Positions 1-10,157 of a stretch of 64,000 nucleotides of DNA are shown in pieces (within the stretch, counting starts at the first letter, position 1; each line of letters begins with the position of its first letter). The position numbers and the translations under genes were made by a program. A model generated the notes under the pieces. That model saw only the letters and a list, made by a program, of their open reading frames with translations, was not told where the DNA came from and searched no databases. The stretch is from a gamma proteobacterium SCGC AAA168-P09 (GTDB taxonomy: Bacteria > Pseudomonadota > Gammaproteobacteria > Magnimaribacterales > D2472), in NCBI GenBank assembly GCA_000385055.1, contig ARRL01000003.1:59460-123459 (forward strand). The letters run 5' to 3'.

Positions 1-24
1 TTTTTCTTTAGCTAAAAGTGCCAT
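1..24 (-). CDS. rpsO: 30S ribosomal protein S15, N-terminal fragment (runs off the window edge)
   Basis: Minus-strand ATG at 24-22 followed by MALLAKEK. This resembles the S15 N-terminus (MAL..EEK in Pseudomonas). Its position downstream of truB matches the conserved nusA-infB-rbfA-truB-rpsO order. Only 8 codons are visible. Confidence 0.5.
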
Positions 25-111
25 ATTTATATTCCTCGATGTACATTCATTAATTAATGCAAACCTCGTACAACTAAAGTAAGCGTGCGAATCTTATAAC
101 TAATCTAGTTA

Positions 112-951
112 TTAAACAAGTCGTTTAAGGGCTAAAACAGAGTTTGAAATCAATCCTAAACCAATAAATTTTTCTGAAGAATCATAAATTTTATAGATAT
201 CATCTTTAAAATTTATTTCTTGTATCTTACCTCCATTCATGAAAACTTTTGTTTGATTAAAGTTTAATTTAATTTCAGAAAGTTCTGAAAATGCCTTCTC
301 GATAGTAATTAATTTATTAAGTTCAATATTTTCAATAGTCATTGCATTTTCTATATTAAAACTTCCTTGAGATAATCTTCTAAGTGCAGATAGATGGCCG
401 CCGCAATTCAGTTTATCACCCAGATCTCTTGCAATTGATCTGATGTATGTACCTTTTGAACAATGAATTATAAATGAGCACTTATTAAGATTACACTTAA
501 TATCTTTAATGGAAAATATATTAATCTCCCTTGGGGGTTTTGATATAAATTCTCCCTCTCGCGCATATTTATAAAGAGGTTTGCCTTTATATTTTAATGC
601 TGAAAAAAAAGGTGCTACCTGCATAGATCTTCCAACAAAAGATGCTAGTGATTCATTTATATTTTTTTCATCAAGAATAATGTCGGAGGAACTAATAATA
701 TTTCCCATGGCATCATCTGTATCAGTCGAATAGCCAAGTTGAACTGAAGCATCATAAGACTTATCAGATTCCAAAAAATAGTTTGAAAATTTAGTAGCCC
801 TATTAATAGCTAAAATCATTAATCCTGTTGCCATTGGATCTAATGTTCCTAAATGTCCAACTTTTTTTAAGGATAGAGTTTTTTTTACTTTTTGAACAAG
901 TTGATTGGAGGATATACCTTTTTCTTTATCAATAAGTAAAAAACCATCCAT
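112..951 (-). CDS. truB: tRNA pseudouridine-55 synthase TruB
   Basis: 279-aa ORF with the GHLGTLDPMATGL catalytic-Asp motif. It lies directly after rbfA. Confidence 0.93.
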   Translation of the reverse strand: MDGFLLIDKEKGISSNQLVQKVKKTLSLKKVGHLGTLDPMATGLMILAINRATKFSNYFLESDKSYDASVQLGYSTDTDDAMGNIISSSDIILDEKNINESLASFVGRSMQVAPFFSALKYKGKPLYKYAREGEFISKPPREINIFSIKDIKCNLNKCSFIIHCSKGTYIRSIARDLGDKLNCGGHLSALRRLSQGSFNIENAMTIENIELNKLITIEKAFSELSEIKLNFNQTKVFMNGGKIQEINFKDDIYKIYDSSEKFIGLGLISNSVLALKRLV

Positions 952-953
952 TA

Positions 954-1301
954 CTACTTAAGATTATTGAGTAAGTTTTCAATATTATCAGAGTACTCAA
1001 TACTTTCATCAAATCTAAAGTTTATTACAGGGACTCTTCTTATTTGCATTGTTCGTGAAAGTTTAGATCTGACCATCCCTGAAAATTTTTTTAAAACTTT
1101 TTGATCAATACTGCTTTGATTTTTGATTACAGATTCGCCAATAATAGTATAGAAGACTGTAGCAATGCCAATATCATCAGATACTTTTACTGCTGTAATA
1201 TTGATGTTTTGAAGCCTTGGATCCTTGGTTTCTTTATTTATTATTAAAGATATTTCTTTTCTGAGTTCGTCTGCAATTTTTTCTGATCTTAATGAAGGCA
1301 T
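954..1301 (-). CDS. rbfA: ribosome-binding factor A
   Basis: 115-aa ORF between infB and truB. Size and the segment ITAVKVSDDIGIATVFY are typical of RbfA. Confidence 0.88.
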   Translation of the reverse strand: MPSLRSEKIADELRKEISLIINKETKDPRLQNINITAVKVSDDIGIATVFYTIIGESVIKNQSSIDQKVLKKFSGMVRSKLSRTMQIRRVPVINFRFDESIEYSDNIENLLNNLK

Positions 1302-1313
1302 TAAAAACTACAG

Positions 1314-3587
1314 CTACATTGATTGAGCTTCTTCTTTCCTATCATAAACCTCGATTTTATCTCCAGGTTTGATATCTTTATAATTTTTGATGCCCATTCC
1401 ACATTCCGTGCCATTCTTAACTTCATTAACATCTTCCTTAAATCTTCTAAGAGAGTCTAATTCTCCTTCAAAAATAACTATCTCATCTCTTAGAACACGA
1501 ACTGGCTTATTTTTAAAAACAGTTCCTTCAATAACATTACATCCTGCAATTTGCCCAAACTTAGGTGAATTAAATACCTCTAAAACTTCGGCAGTGCCAA
1601 CAATTTCTTCTTTAATTATTGGGTCTAGCAGGCCACTCATTCTTGCTTTAACATCATCTAATAATTCGTAGATGATGCTGTGGTAACTTAATGGAATTGA
1701 TTCATCTTCAATGATCTTTTTAGCAGAGTTATCCGCTCTTACATTAAAACCTAAAATAATTGAATCAACAGCAAGTGCTAGGTTAGCATCTGACTCTGTT
1801 ATACCTCCAACTCCACTTGATACTATTTTTACTTTTGCTAAGTCATTGCTTAAGTCATTCAGAGATGCTGCTATGGCTTCACAAGTTCCACCAACATCTG
1901 TTTTAACTATCACGTTCAGTACTTTTTTAGATTCTTGACCTAATGATTCAAATAAATCTCCAGCGCTGTCATCTTTTTGTTTTAATAATTTTTTTTCTTT
2001 CTCTTTTGAAATTCTATACTCGGCTATCTCTCTAGCCTGCTTCTCATTCTCTACTACCTGAAAAGGGTCTCCGGCATTGGGTACATTGTTTAATCCAAGA
2101 ACTTCAACAGCTGCAGATGGACATGCATTTTTTATTTTTGCACCATCGCTATTTACAATACTTTTAATTTTTCCAATTGAATTGCCTGATGCAACTAAGT
2201 CACCAACCTTAAGAGTTCCATTTTGGATTAAAAAAGTAGCAACAGATCCTCTAAACTTATCTAACTCTGATTCAATAACAACCCCTTGAGCCTGTCCTTT
2301 ATGATGAGCTCTTAATTCTAACAATTCAGCTTCCAATGAAACGCTTTCAAGCAACTTATCAACACCAGTTCCTTTAAGCGCTGATACTGGTACCATTTGA
2401 GTTGTGCCGCCCCAGTCCTCAGGCGCTAAATCTTTTGCAGCTAAATCACCTTTTACTTTATCTATATCAGCTCCATCTAAATCAATTTTATTAATAGCTA
2501 CAACTATTGAAACTCCTGCTGCTTTAGCGTGATTTATAGCTTCTTCTGTTTGAGGTTTTATGCCATCATTTGCCGCAACAACAAGAATGACAATATCTGT
2601 GGTATTAGCTCCTCTAGCTCTCATTGATGAGAAGGCAGCATGACCAGGAGTGTCAATGAATGTTATTTTACCTTTAGATGTCTCGACTTCATAAGCACCA
2701 ATATGTTGCGTTATGCCTCCAGCCTCGCCATCAACGACTTTTGTCTTTCTTATAAAATCAAGTAAGGTTGTTTTTCCGTGATCAACATGCCCCATAACAG
2801 TAACTACAGGGGATCTAGATGTTGCCTCATCATCATAATTAATTAGATTTGCTAGATCTTCTTCAAAATTTTCTTCTTTAAGTGCAATTCCATTATGGCC
2901 AATTTCCTCAACTACCAATATAGCTGTTTCTTGATCAATAATATCATTGATGTTTGCAACCACCCCTAGACCCATAAGGTTTTTTACTACAATATTTCCT
3001 TTTACTGCCATTAGCTTAGCTAATTCACCCACTTGGATTGAAGATGGTACTTCTATATCTTTTTTAATGAATTCAGTTGGTGCTTCAAACTTATGTTCGC
3101 TATCTTTAGGGAATGCTGCCTCTCTTCTTTTATAAGCATTTACAGCACTTGAAAGCTGATCTTTAACATTAACTTTTATTGCAGGCTTTTCAGATTCAAC
3201 TTTTTTAAATTTATCTCTTTTCTTGATCTCTTCTTGTTTTAATCTTGCAGCTTCTTTAAGCTGGTCTTCTCTCTTTTTTTGTTGTTCCTTAAGTTGTTCT
3301 GAAGCTGCAGCACGTTTTGCTTCGATATTGTCAGAGTAACTTCTAGTTCCCTCTGATTCTTTAGAAATTTTTCCTTTTGAAGTTACTGTAACTCCAGACC
3401 CAGATGTTACAGATCTTGGTGATGTAGCTTTTGCTCCTTTTAAAGATTTTAAAAGTGCCTGCTTATCTGCAGCAGTTATTTCATCTGAACTTTTAGAGTG
3501 ACTTAAGCCAGCATTCTGCATACGTTCAAGCAAAGCTGAATCTGATATTTTTAAAGTCTTTGCAAAATCTTTAACAGTTAAAGTCAA
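1314..3587 (-). CDS. infB: translation initiation factor IF-2
   Basis: 757-aa ORF opening with TTG at 3587-3585. G-domain motifs VMGHVDHGKTT, DTPGH and NKID are present, with a Lys/Glu-rich N-terminal region. Confidence 0.97.
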   Translation of the reverse strand: MTLTVKDFAKTLKISDSALLERMQNAGLSHSKSSDEITAADKQALLKSLKGAKATSPRSVTSGSGVTVTSKGKISKESEGTRSYSDNIEAKRAAASEQLKEQQKKREDQLKEAARLKQEEIKKRDKFKKVESEKPAIKVNVKDQLSSAVNAYKRREAAFPKDSEHKFEAPTEFIKKDIEVPSSIQVGELAKLMAVKGNIVVKNLMGLGVVANINDIIDQETAILVVEEIGHNGIALKEENFEEDLANLINYDDEATSRSPVVTVMGHVDHGKTTLLDFIRKTKVVDGEAGGITQHIGAYEVETSKGKITFIDTPGHAAFSSMRARGANTTDIVILVVAANDGIKPQTEEAINHAKAAGVSIVVAINKIDLDGADIDKVKGDLAAKDLAPEDWGGTTQMVPVSALKGTGVDKLLESVSLEAELLELRAHHKGQAQGVVIESELDKFRGSVATFLIQNGTLKVGDLVASGNSIGKIKSIVNSDGAKIKNACPSAAVEVLGLNNVPNAGDPFQVVENEKQAREIAEYRISKEKEKKLLKQKDDSAGDLFESLGQESKKVLNVIVKTDVGGTCEAIAASLNDLSNDLAKVKIVSSGVGGITESDANLALAVDSIILGFNVRADNSAKKIIEDESIPLSYHSIIYELLDDVKARMSGLLDPIIKEEIVGTAEVLEVFNSPKFGQIAGCNVIEGTVFKNKPVRVLRDEIVIFEGELDSLRRFKEDVNEVKNGTECGMGIKNYKDIKPGDKIEVYDRKEEAQSM

Positions 3588-3608
3588 AATATTTTTCCTT
3601 TTTTTATA

Positions 3609-5069
3609 TTAATTAAACCAATGTTCTCTTGCTTTCATAATCATCTTAGAAGCATCATCAGAAGAAATCTCAATAATCTCTTGTAATTCATCTATAGCTA
3701 ATTCAGCTAAATCATCTTTGTTCTTAATTCCTTTATTTGATAGCTTTTGAATATCTTCATCTTCTAAGTTAAGGTCAGTCAGAGACTCAACATTGTCCTC
3801 TTCTTCTGTGATAGCTCCCATTGCCTCTAGTAGTGCAGCATCTTCTGCAGCACCTTTTATTCTTACAATCTCACTCTCATCTTCTACAAATGATTTAAAA
3901 ATACTATCTTCTGCATACGCAATGTCATCAAAACTTGCTAACCCAGTTAAAGCTATTTTTTCCGCAACTTCTTCAGATACCTCAAGAGTGCTGATCAGAT
4001 TAGCCAAAAACTCTGTTTCATCGACTTTAACTTTTGCTTCAGCTTCTTCGCTACTAATAATGTTCAAATCCCATCCAACAAGCTTAGATGCAAGTCTGAT
4101 ATTTTGTCCTCTGGAACCAATTGCAAGCGCAAGATTTTCTTGGTTGACTGCAATATCCATAGATCTTGAATCCTCGTCCATGACTATAGATTCAACTTTT
4201 GCTGGTACTAAGGCATTTATAACTAATTGAGCAGGGTTATCATCATAAATAATTATGTCTATCCTTTCATTGCCCAGTTCTGCTGAAACAGCTTGAACTC
4301 TAGACCCTCTCATTCCAACACATGCACCAACAGGATCAATCCTACCATCATTTGTTTTGACTGCTATTTTAGACCTTGAGCCAGCATCTCTCGCTACACC
4401 TCTGATTTCAATTATATCTTCATTTATTTCAGGTACTTCGATACTAAATAATTCTGTAACCATTTCAGGACAAGATCTATTTAACATGAGTTGAGGTCCT
4501 CGACCTTCAACCTCTTGAATTTGAAGAATAGCTCTTATTCTGTCATTAATTTTATAAATTTCTCCAGGCATTAACCTGTCTCGAGGCAGAATAGCTTCTG
4601 CATCATAAGAAATATCAACAATAATATTGTCTCTTGTCACCCTTTTTACAGTTCCATTAACTAGTTGATTATTTTGGCTTTTAAATTGCGAAACTACTTT
4701 TTCTCTTTCAGCTTCTCTTACTTTTTGCAACATGACTTGTCTTGCTGCTTGAGTTTCTATTCTTCCAAAAGGCACATTCTCTTGTTGCTTAGTATACAAG
4801 TCGCCAAGATTAAGATCTGAATCACTTGCTGATATATGCGTTTCTATATGAAACTCTTCATCAGCCTCATCAAATACTATCCAATTTCTATGAGTTGAAT
4901 ATTCGCCAGTATTTCTATCTATTTGAACAAATAAGTCAGCATCTTCGTGAAAATGTCTTTGTGATGCCGAAGCAATTGCTATTTCAATGGCTGAAAAGAT
5001 AATATCTTTGTCTAAACCTTTCTCAGTAGATACTGAATCTACTACTGCTAAAATTTCATTACTCTGCAT
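3609..5069 (-). CDS. nusA: transcription termination/antitermination factor NusA
   Basis: 486 aa. The N-terminus MQSNEILAVVDSVSTEKGL aligns with E. coli MNKEILAVVEAVSNEK. It has an S1/KH core and an acidic C-terminal region. Confidence 0.96.
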   Translation of the reverse strand: MQSNEILAVVDSVSTEKGLDKDIIFSAIEIAIASASQRHFHEDADLFVQIDRNTGEYSTHRNWIVFDEADEEFHIETHISASDSDLNLGDLYTKQQENVPFGRIETQAARQVMLQKVREAEREKVVSQFKSQNNQLVNGTVKRVTRDNIIVDISYDAEAILPRDRLMPGEIYKINDRIRAILQIQEVEGRGPQLMLNRSCPEMVTELFSIEVPEINEDIIEIRGVARDAGSRSKIAVKTNDGRIDPVGACVGMRGSRVQAVSAELGNERIDIIIYDDNPAQLVINALVPAKVESIVMDEDSRSMDIAVNQENLALAIGSRGQNIRLASKLVGWDLNIISSEEAEAKVKVDETEFLANLISTLEVSEEVAEKIALTGLASFDDIAYAEDSIFKSFVEDESEIVRIKGAAEDAALLEAMGAITEEEDNVESLTDLNLEDEDIQKLSNKGIKNKDDLAELAIDELQEIIEISSDDASKMIMKAREHWFN

Positions 5070-5541
5070 AACTATTTTCCTTCATTAATTTAACAAAATT
5101 TGGTTCTAAACGACAAGTCTCTATGTCGTCAAAATTTAATTTATATTCAAGCTTTAAAGACTCTATAAGAAAAAAATCTTTATTACAATCAACAAGGACT
5201 CCTTCTATATTTTTTATGCCATCTAATTGCTCTCTTAATTTAATTTTTAATTCTTCTCCAATATATTCAATAAGCTGATTTTGTTTAAAAAACTTCCTAC
5301 TTATTCCTGGAGTAGAAACCTCTAGAACATAATCATCACCAAAAGACGAATCAAGATCTATTTCATAATTCAAATCTTTAGAAATATTCTCGCAATCTTC
5401 AATATTAGCTCCAGAATCAGACTCAATATAAATTCTAAGCGTGGGTCTTTTTCTTCCTCTTAGAATCTCTAGCCCCCATAAAAAACAATCATGTCTTTCA
5501 ATAACTGGCTCAACTATCTTTTCAATTTCTTCTTTTATCAT
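5059..5541 (-). CDS. rimP: ribosome maturation factor RimP
   Basis: The ORF track opens at a GTG at 5574. However, MIKEEIEKIVEPV..TLRIYIESDSG..VSTPGISRKF aligns with E. coli RimP starting from the ATG at 5541. The 3' end overlaps the nusA start by 11 nt. Confidence 0.85.
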   Translation of the reverse strand: MIKEEIEKIVEPVIERHDCFLWGLEILRGRKRPTLRIYIESDSGANIEDCENISKDLNYEIDLDSSFGDDYVLEVSTPGISRKFFKQNQLIEYIGEELKIKLREQLDGIKNIEGVLVDCNKDFFLIESLKLEYKLNFDDIETCRLEPNFVKLMKENSYAE

Positions 5542-5591
5542 TTTTTTTATACAAAAAAAGGGCAAATGCCCCACAAAAAATTATGTAACTG

Positions 5592-5668
<77 letters not shown>

Positions 5669-5684
5669 ACGCAGCGAGTGTGAA

Positions 5685-5713
5685 GTTTAATGAAGTTAGG
5701 TACGTTTGGTCAA
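5685..5713 (-). promoter_or_regulatory. candidate sigma70 promoter for tRNA-fMet / rimP-nusA-infB operon
   Basis: The minus strand reads TTGACC, then a 17-nt spacer, then TTAAAC, followed by the GC-rich discriminator-like CGCTGCG just before the tRNA 5' end. This is sequence pattern only. Confidence 0.4.
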
Positions 5714-5745
5714 GTATATTATTTTTTATATTTCAAATAATTACT

Positions 5746-5754
5746 TGCTATAAT
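5746..5754 (+). promoter_or_regulatory. candidate extended -10 promoter (TGCTATAAT) for tRNA-Leu
   Basis: A TGnTATAAT match lies 14 nt upstream of the tRNA-Leu 5' end. No good -35 element is present, which is consistent with an extended -10 promoter. Confidence 0.4.
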
Positions 5755-5767
5755 CCTCAAACTTTAT

Positions 5768-5854
5768 GCCGAAGTGGTGGAATTGGTAGACACGCTAGCT
5801 TGAGGGGCTAGTGAGCGAAAGCTCGTGCGGGTTCAAGTCCCGCTTTCGGCACCA
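5768..5854 (+). tRNA. leuU: tRNA-Leu (anticodon GAG), class II with long variable arm
   Basis: The sequence is GCCGAAGTGGTGGAATTGGTAGACACGCTAGCTTGAGGGGCTAGTGAGCGAAAGCTCGTGCGGGTTCAAGTCCCGCTTTCGGCACCA. It has a typical Leu 5' end, anticodon loop TTGAGGG and encoded CCA. A T8 tract (5856-5863) follows. Confidence 0.92.
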
Positions 5855-5864
5855 GTTTTTTTTA

Positions 5865-6176
5865 CTATTCTACTGGTACTTCGTCGACTGGAATTTCTTC
5901 CATGACTTCTTCAATTAAGGGTGTATCAAAAATTACTTTTGTATTTGCAGACTTATATATGTATGCAAGAGCAAGAGTTAATACTAGCCATAATGCTACT
6001 AATGCATATGTTAATTTTCCTAAAAAATCTGATGGTCCCAATGCACCAAACATAGAATTGGATGAGCCACCGCCAAATGCAGAGCCTAAATCTGAACCTT
6101 TTCCTTGCTGCAGTAATACCAATGCAATAATTGCAATTGCTAAAACTATACATATTATTTTAATTAAAACTATCAT
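5865..6176 (-). CDS. secG: preprotein translocase subunit SecG
   Basis: 103-aa membrane protein with the Gly-rich loop GKGSDLGSAFGGGSSNSMFG typical of SecG. It follows tpiA as in Pseudomonas. Confidence 0.9.
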   Translation of the reverse strand: MIVLIKIICIVLAIAIIALVLLQQGKGSDLGSAFGGGSSNSMFGALGPSDFLGKLTYALVALWLVLTLALAYIYKSANTKVIFDTPLIEEVMEEIPVDEVPVE

Positions 6177-6916
6177 ATTTTTTTAAGCCTTCTATAAGTA
6201 TTTACAATATTTGCAAAAATATCTGCATCAAGTGATGCTCCGCCAACCAAAGCTCCATCAATATATTCTTTATTAAAAAATTCAGCAGCATTGTGATCAT
6301 TGACACTTCCGCCGTATAGAACTTTTGGTTCAAAATTATTTGCAGTTGCGGATTGTACAACATCTTTTATAAATTCGTGAATTGAATTTACTTCTTTTGG
6401 ATCAGGTGTTTTACCAGAACCAATTGCCCAGATGGGCTCATAGGCGATAATTAGTTTTTCATCTATATTTAATTTTGAAATTGAGTCTGTAATCTGAGAT
6501 TTTAATTTTTCTTTAGTTTTACCTAATTTGTGTTCTTCTAAAGTTTCGCCAATACATAAAATTGCTTTGAAATTATGCTGCAAAACACTATGAATTTTTT
6601 TACCTATTAACTCATTATCCTCATTAAAAAAATCTCTTCTCTCCGAGTGTCCAACTAGAGAAAATGAACAGTCTTCATGAGATGCCATACTAGCAGAAAT
6701 AGAACCAGTTCTAGCTCCACCTTCGATATCAATATCTTGCACTCCTATCATGACATCAGTTTTTTGAAATAAAGTTTTTAGTTGATGGAAATGTATATGG
6801 GATGGACTTATTCCAACACAGCTAAGAACTTTAGTATCAACCAAACTATGAAATGTCTTGAACCATTGATAGTTTTTCTGAGTGTCTCCATTAGCTTTCC
6901 AGTTTGCAACTATCAC
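6173..6916 (-). CDS. tpiA: triosephosphate isomerase
   Basis: 247 aa with a GTG start. Motifs NWK, VGHSERR, AYEPIWAIGSG and YGGSV are present. Confidence 0.95.
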   Translation of the reverse strand: MIVANWKANGDTQKNYQWFKTFHSLVDTKVLSCVGISPSHIHFHQLKTLFQKTDVMIGVQDIDIEGGARTGSISASMASHEDCSFSLVGHSERRDFFNEDNELIGKKIHSVLQHNFKAILCIGETLEEHKLGKTKEKLKSQITDSISKLNIDEKLIIAYEPIWAIGSGKTPDPKEVNSIHEFIKDVVQSATANNFEPKVLYGGSVNDHNAAEFFNKEYIDGALVGGASLDADIFANIVNTYRRLKKI

Positions 6917-6918
6917 AG

Positions 6919-8241
6919 CTATGATTTTAATTTAATTAGATCACAAATATCTTTTGCAAACTTTTCAGCAACTTTTTCTTCTGGAGCTTCTACCATTACT
7001 CTAATTTTACTTTCAGTACCAGAAGGTCGAACCAAAACTCTCCCAACTGTGATATCTGACTCAATTTCTTTAATAAGATTTAATAAATCTTTATCATTAA
7101 CAATATCTTTGTTGTTTACTTTTATAGCATAATTAATTTGTGGCATTTTAGTATAATTTGATAGAACATCTGATGGATCTTTTTCAAGAATTAATAGAGA
7201 CGAAATAACTTTCAAAGCAGCAATAGTCCCATCACCTGTGCTAACTAAATCTTTACAAATAATATGACCGGAGGTTTCACCTCCTAATAGCCATCCATTT
7301 TTTGTAAGCATACTGCTTACATATTTATCTCCAACATCTGCTCTTAAAAATTTATAGCCAAGTTTTTTGATTCCATCTTCAAGCCCAAGATTACTCATAA
7401 GAGTTCCAACAACTCCAGACCATTGACCAATTCTATTTGGATTAGCAAAAGCTAAAATATAAAGAAGATCATCTCCGTCTAATATATGGCCATCGCGGTC
7501 AATTAATATAACTCTATCTCCGTCTCCATCCAAAGATATTCCAAAATCAGCTCTATGTTTAATTACTTCTTCTTTCACCAGGTCTGGGTATGTTGATCCA
7601 CACCCTGCATTAATATTATATCCATCCGGATCCACACCAATGCTTATAACCTCGGCACCAAGCTCTCTAAAAACATCAGGACTTACTTTATAACAGGCAC
7701 CATTTGCACAATCTAATACAATTCTTAATGATGAAAATGAAATATTTGTTGGAACAGTAGACTTACAGAATTCTATGTATCTTGCTCCTGATTCATCAAA
7801 TCTTTTTGCTTTACCTAAGTTTTCTGTTTTAACTGGTTTTAGATTAGATTCTAAAAGTTTTTCTATTTTTTTTTCAAGATCTCTTGAGAGTTTCTCACCA
7901 TCAGCATTGAATATTTTTATGCCATTATCCAGAAAATCATTATGAGATGCACTGATTACTACCCCGAATTTTTGCCTAAGAGATTTGGTAAGGTATGCAA
8001 CTCCTGGTGTAGGCAAAGGACCACATAAGCTTACGTTTACTCCAGCAGCTATAAAGCCTGCTTGAAGAGCAGATTCAAGCATATAACCAGACACCCTTGT
8101 ATCTTTACCTATCATGACAGTATCCCAGCCCCGCTCTTTCATAACAATACCTGTGGCATGTCCTATCCTCAGACATGCTTCTGGTGTTATATGTGTCTCA
8201 ACGGGACCACGAATACCGTCAGTGCCAAATTTTAAATTCAT
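6919..8241 (-). CDS. glmM: phosphoglucosamine mutase
   Basis: 440 aa. It begins with FGTDGIRG, has the active-site SASHN motif, the GDGDR metal loop and GETSGH. Confidence 0.96.
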   Translation of the reverse strand: MNLKFGTDGIRGPVETHITPEACLRIGHATGIVMKERGWDTVMIGKDTRVSGYMLESALQAGFIAAGVNVSLCGPLPTPGVAYLTKSLRQKFGVVISASHNDFLDNGIKIFNADGEKLSRDLEKKIEKLLESNLKPVKTENLGKAKRFDESGARYIEFCKSTVPTNISFSSLRIVLDCANGACYKVSPDVFRELGAEVISIGVDPDGYNINAGCGSTYPDLVKEEVIKHRADFGISLDGDGDRVILIDRDGHILDGDDLLYILAFANPNRIGQWSGVVGTLMSNLGLEDGIKKLGYKFLRADVGDKYVSSMLTKNGWLLGGETSGHIICKDLVSTGDGTIAALKVISSLLILEKDPSDVLSNYTKMPQINYAIKVNNKDIVNDKDLLNLIKEIESDITVGRVLVRPSGTESKIRVMVEAPEEKVAEKFAKDICDLIKLKS

Positions 8242-8249
8242 ACTAAAGA

Positions 8250-10157
8250 TTATAACTCTTCAGCAGCACCTTTGATGGATGTTTTTTTATTAGACTTAGG
8301 TTTAGGCTCATGATCAGACCATCCTTTTGGCTCTCTAGGCTCTGCGCCTGCCATAATGTCATCTATTTGGGGCTGGTCTATTGTTTCGTATTTTAATAAG
8401 GCATCGGCCATAACATTTAATTTATCTAGATTAGTTTTAAGTAAATTTTCAGCTCTTTGGTAGCAGGAATCTATAATAGCCTTAATCTCAGAATCAATTA
8501 ATTTTGATGTTTCTTCACTCCTATGCTGACTTGGAGCAGAAGCAGTTCTTCCTAAAAATGGACTGCCTTCATCTTCGCCAAACTTTATAGTTCCTAGTGC
8601 TTCGGAGAAACCCCATTTTGTTACCATATTTGTAGCTATTCCAGTAGCAACCTCTATGTCATTTGATGCTCCCGTAGTGATTCCTTGATTGCCATTAATA
8701 ATGCTTTCTGCAATTCGTCCTCCAAATAATGCAGCAATTCTTCCTAGTAAATATTCTTTACTTTGCATATATGTATCTTCTTCAGGAAGAAACATGGTTA
8801 CTCCTAATGCTCTTCCTCTAGGAATGATTGTTACTTTGTAGACTGGATCATGAGTTGGACAAAGTCTACCAACAATAGCATGACCAGCCTCATGATAAGC
8901 AGTAATTCTTTTTTGCTCTTCACTCAATATCATAGACTTTCTTTCAGCCCCCATCATAATTTTATCTTTTGCTAGGTCTAGATGGTTTTGATCAATTTTC
9001 TTGTCAGAATACCTGGCAGCAAATAAAGCTGCTTCATTAATTAAATTGGCTAAATCTGCTCCTGAAAAGCCTGGAGTGCCTCTAGCTAATACTAGCGGGT
9101 CAACATCAGCATCAAGTGGAACTTTTCTCATATGAACTTTTAGTATTGCTTCCCTTCCTCGAATGTCTGGTAGATCTACAACAACTTGTCTATCAAACCT
9201 TCCTGGTCTTAATAGTGCTGGATCTAATACATCAGGTCTGTTGGTAGCAGCTATTACAATTACACCATCATTACCCTCAAATCCATCCATCTCTACAAGT
9301 AATTGATTGAGAGTTTGTTCTCTTTCGTCATGACCTCCGCCAAGACCAGCTCCTCTATGCCTTCCAACCGCATCTATTTCATCAATAAATACTATACAGG
9401 GTGCCTGTTTTTTTGCTTGATCAAACATATCTCTAACTCTTGATGCACCAACACCAACAAACATTTCAACAAAATCAGAACCTGAAATTGTGAAGAAAGG
9501 AACTTTTGCTTCTCCAGCTACTGCTCTGGCTAATAAGGTTTTACCTGTCCCTGGAGGACCTACCATTAAAACACCTCTTGGAATTTTTCCCCCAAGTTTT
9601 TGAAATTTTGTAGGATCTCTTAAAAAGTCTACTAATTCTTGAACATCTTGTTTGGCCTCTTCGCAACCTGCCACATCTTTGAAAGAAGTTTTAACCTTAC
9701 CACCTTCCATTAGTTTAGCTTTACTTTTTCCAAATGACATTGGACCACCCTTCCCTGACATGCCTCCTTGCATCTGTCTCATAAAGAAAAAGAAAATTCC
9801 AAGCAATAAAATTATAGGGAATGCACCAACTAATAGTTGTGACAAAATTGATGGTTGTTCAATTTTTTCATAAACAGCAATAATCCCATTATCTTGAATA
9901 GCGTTATCTACAGCCTCATCTTTTTTAAAGATTGGATGAGTAGTCTCAAACTTTGAGCCATCTAGGCGCTCACCGGTGATTGTCATTTGATCGCCTTTAT
10001 AAACTACTTTGGCAACTCTATCAGATAGGACTTCTTCTTTAAATTGGCTGTAGCTTATTTGCTCTCTTACTCCAGAATTTTCAATATTATTAAATACATA
10101 AATTAGCAACGATCCTAGAACGAACCAAACTGCAAGATTTCTTAAAACACTATTCAT
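8250..10157 (-). CDS. ftsH: ATP-dependent zinc metalloprotease FtsH
   Basis: 635 aa with an N-terminal TM region. It has Walker A GPPGTGKT, Walker B DEIDA, the SRH region and the HEAGH zinc site. Confidence 0.98.
   Translation of the reverse strand: MNSVLRNLAVWFVLGSLLIYVFNNIENSGVREQISYSQFKEEVLSDRVAKVVYKGDQMTITGERLDGSKFETTHPIFKKDEAVDNAIQDNGIIAVYEKIEQPSILSQLLVGAFPIILLLGIFFFFMRQMQGGMSGKGGPMSFGKSKAKLMEGGKVKTSFKDVAGCEEAKQDVQELVDFLRDPTKFQKLGGKIPRGVLMVGPPGTGKTLLARAVAGEAKVPFFTISGSDFVEMFVGVGASRVRDMFDQAKKQAPCIVFIDEIDAVGRHRGAGLGGGHDEREQTLNQLLVEMDGFEGNDGVIVIAATNRPDVLDPALLRPGRFDRQVVVDLPDIRGREAILKVHMRKVPLDADVDPLVLARGTPGFSGADLANLINEAALFAARYSDKKIDQNHLDLAKDKIMMGAERKSMILSEEQKRITAYHEAGHAIVGRLCPTHDPVYKVTIIPRGRALGVTMFLPEEDTYMQSKEYLLGRIAALFGGRIAESIINGNQGITTGASNDIEVATGIATNMVTKWGFSEALGTIKFGEDEGSPFLGRTASAPSQHRSEETSKLIDSEIKAIIDSCYQRAENLLKTNLDKLNVMADALLKYETIDQPQIDDIMAGAEPREPKGWSDHEPKPKSNKKTSIKGAAEEL

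Noticed and set aside
3793-4230. 145-aa plus-strand ORF antisense to nusA. Similar long antisense ORFs lie at 1387-1671 and 1711-1938 (infB), 25827-26228 (pepA) and 35902-36264 (dnaE/accA junction).
   Set aside because: Their translations are Ser/Leu/Ala-rich low-complexity strings. These are the mirror image of Glu/Asp/Lys-rich or conserved sense codons. They have no start context or recognisable motifs, and each lies wholly inside a confidently identified gene.
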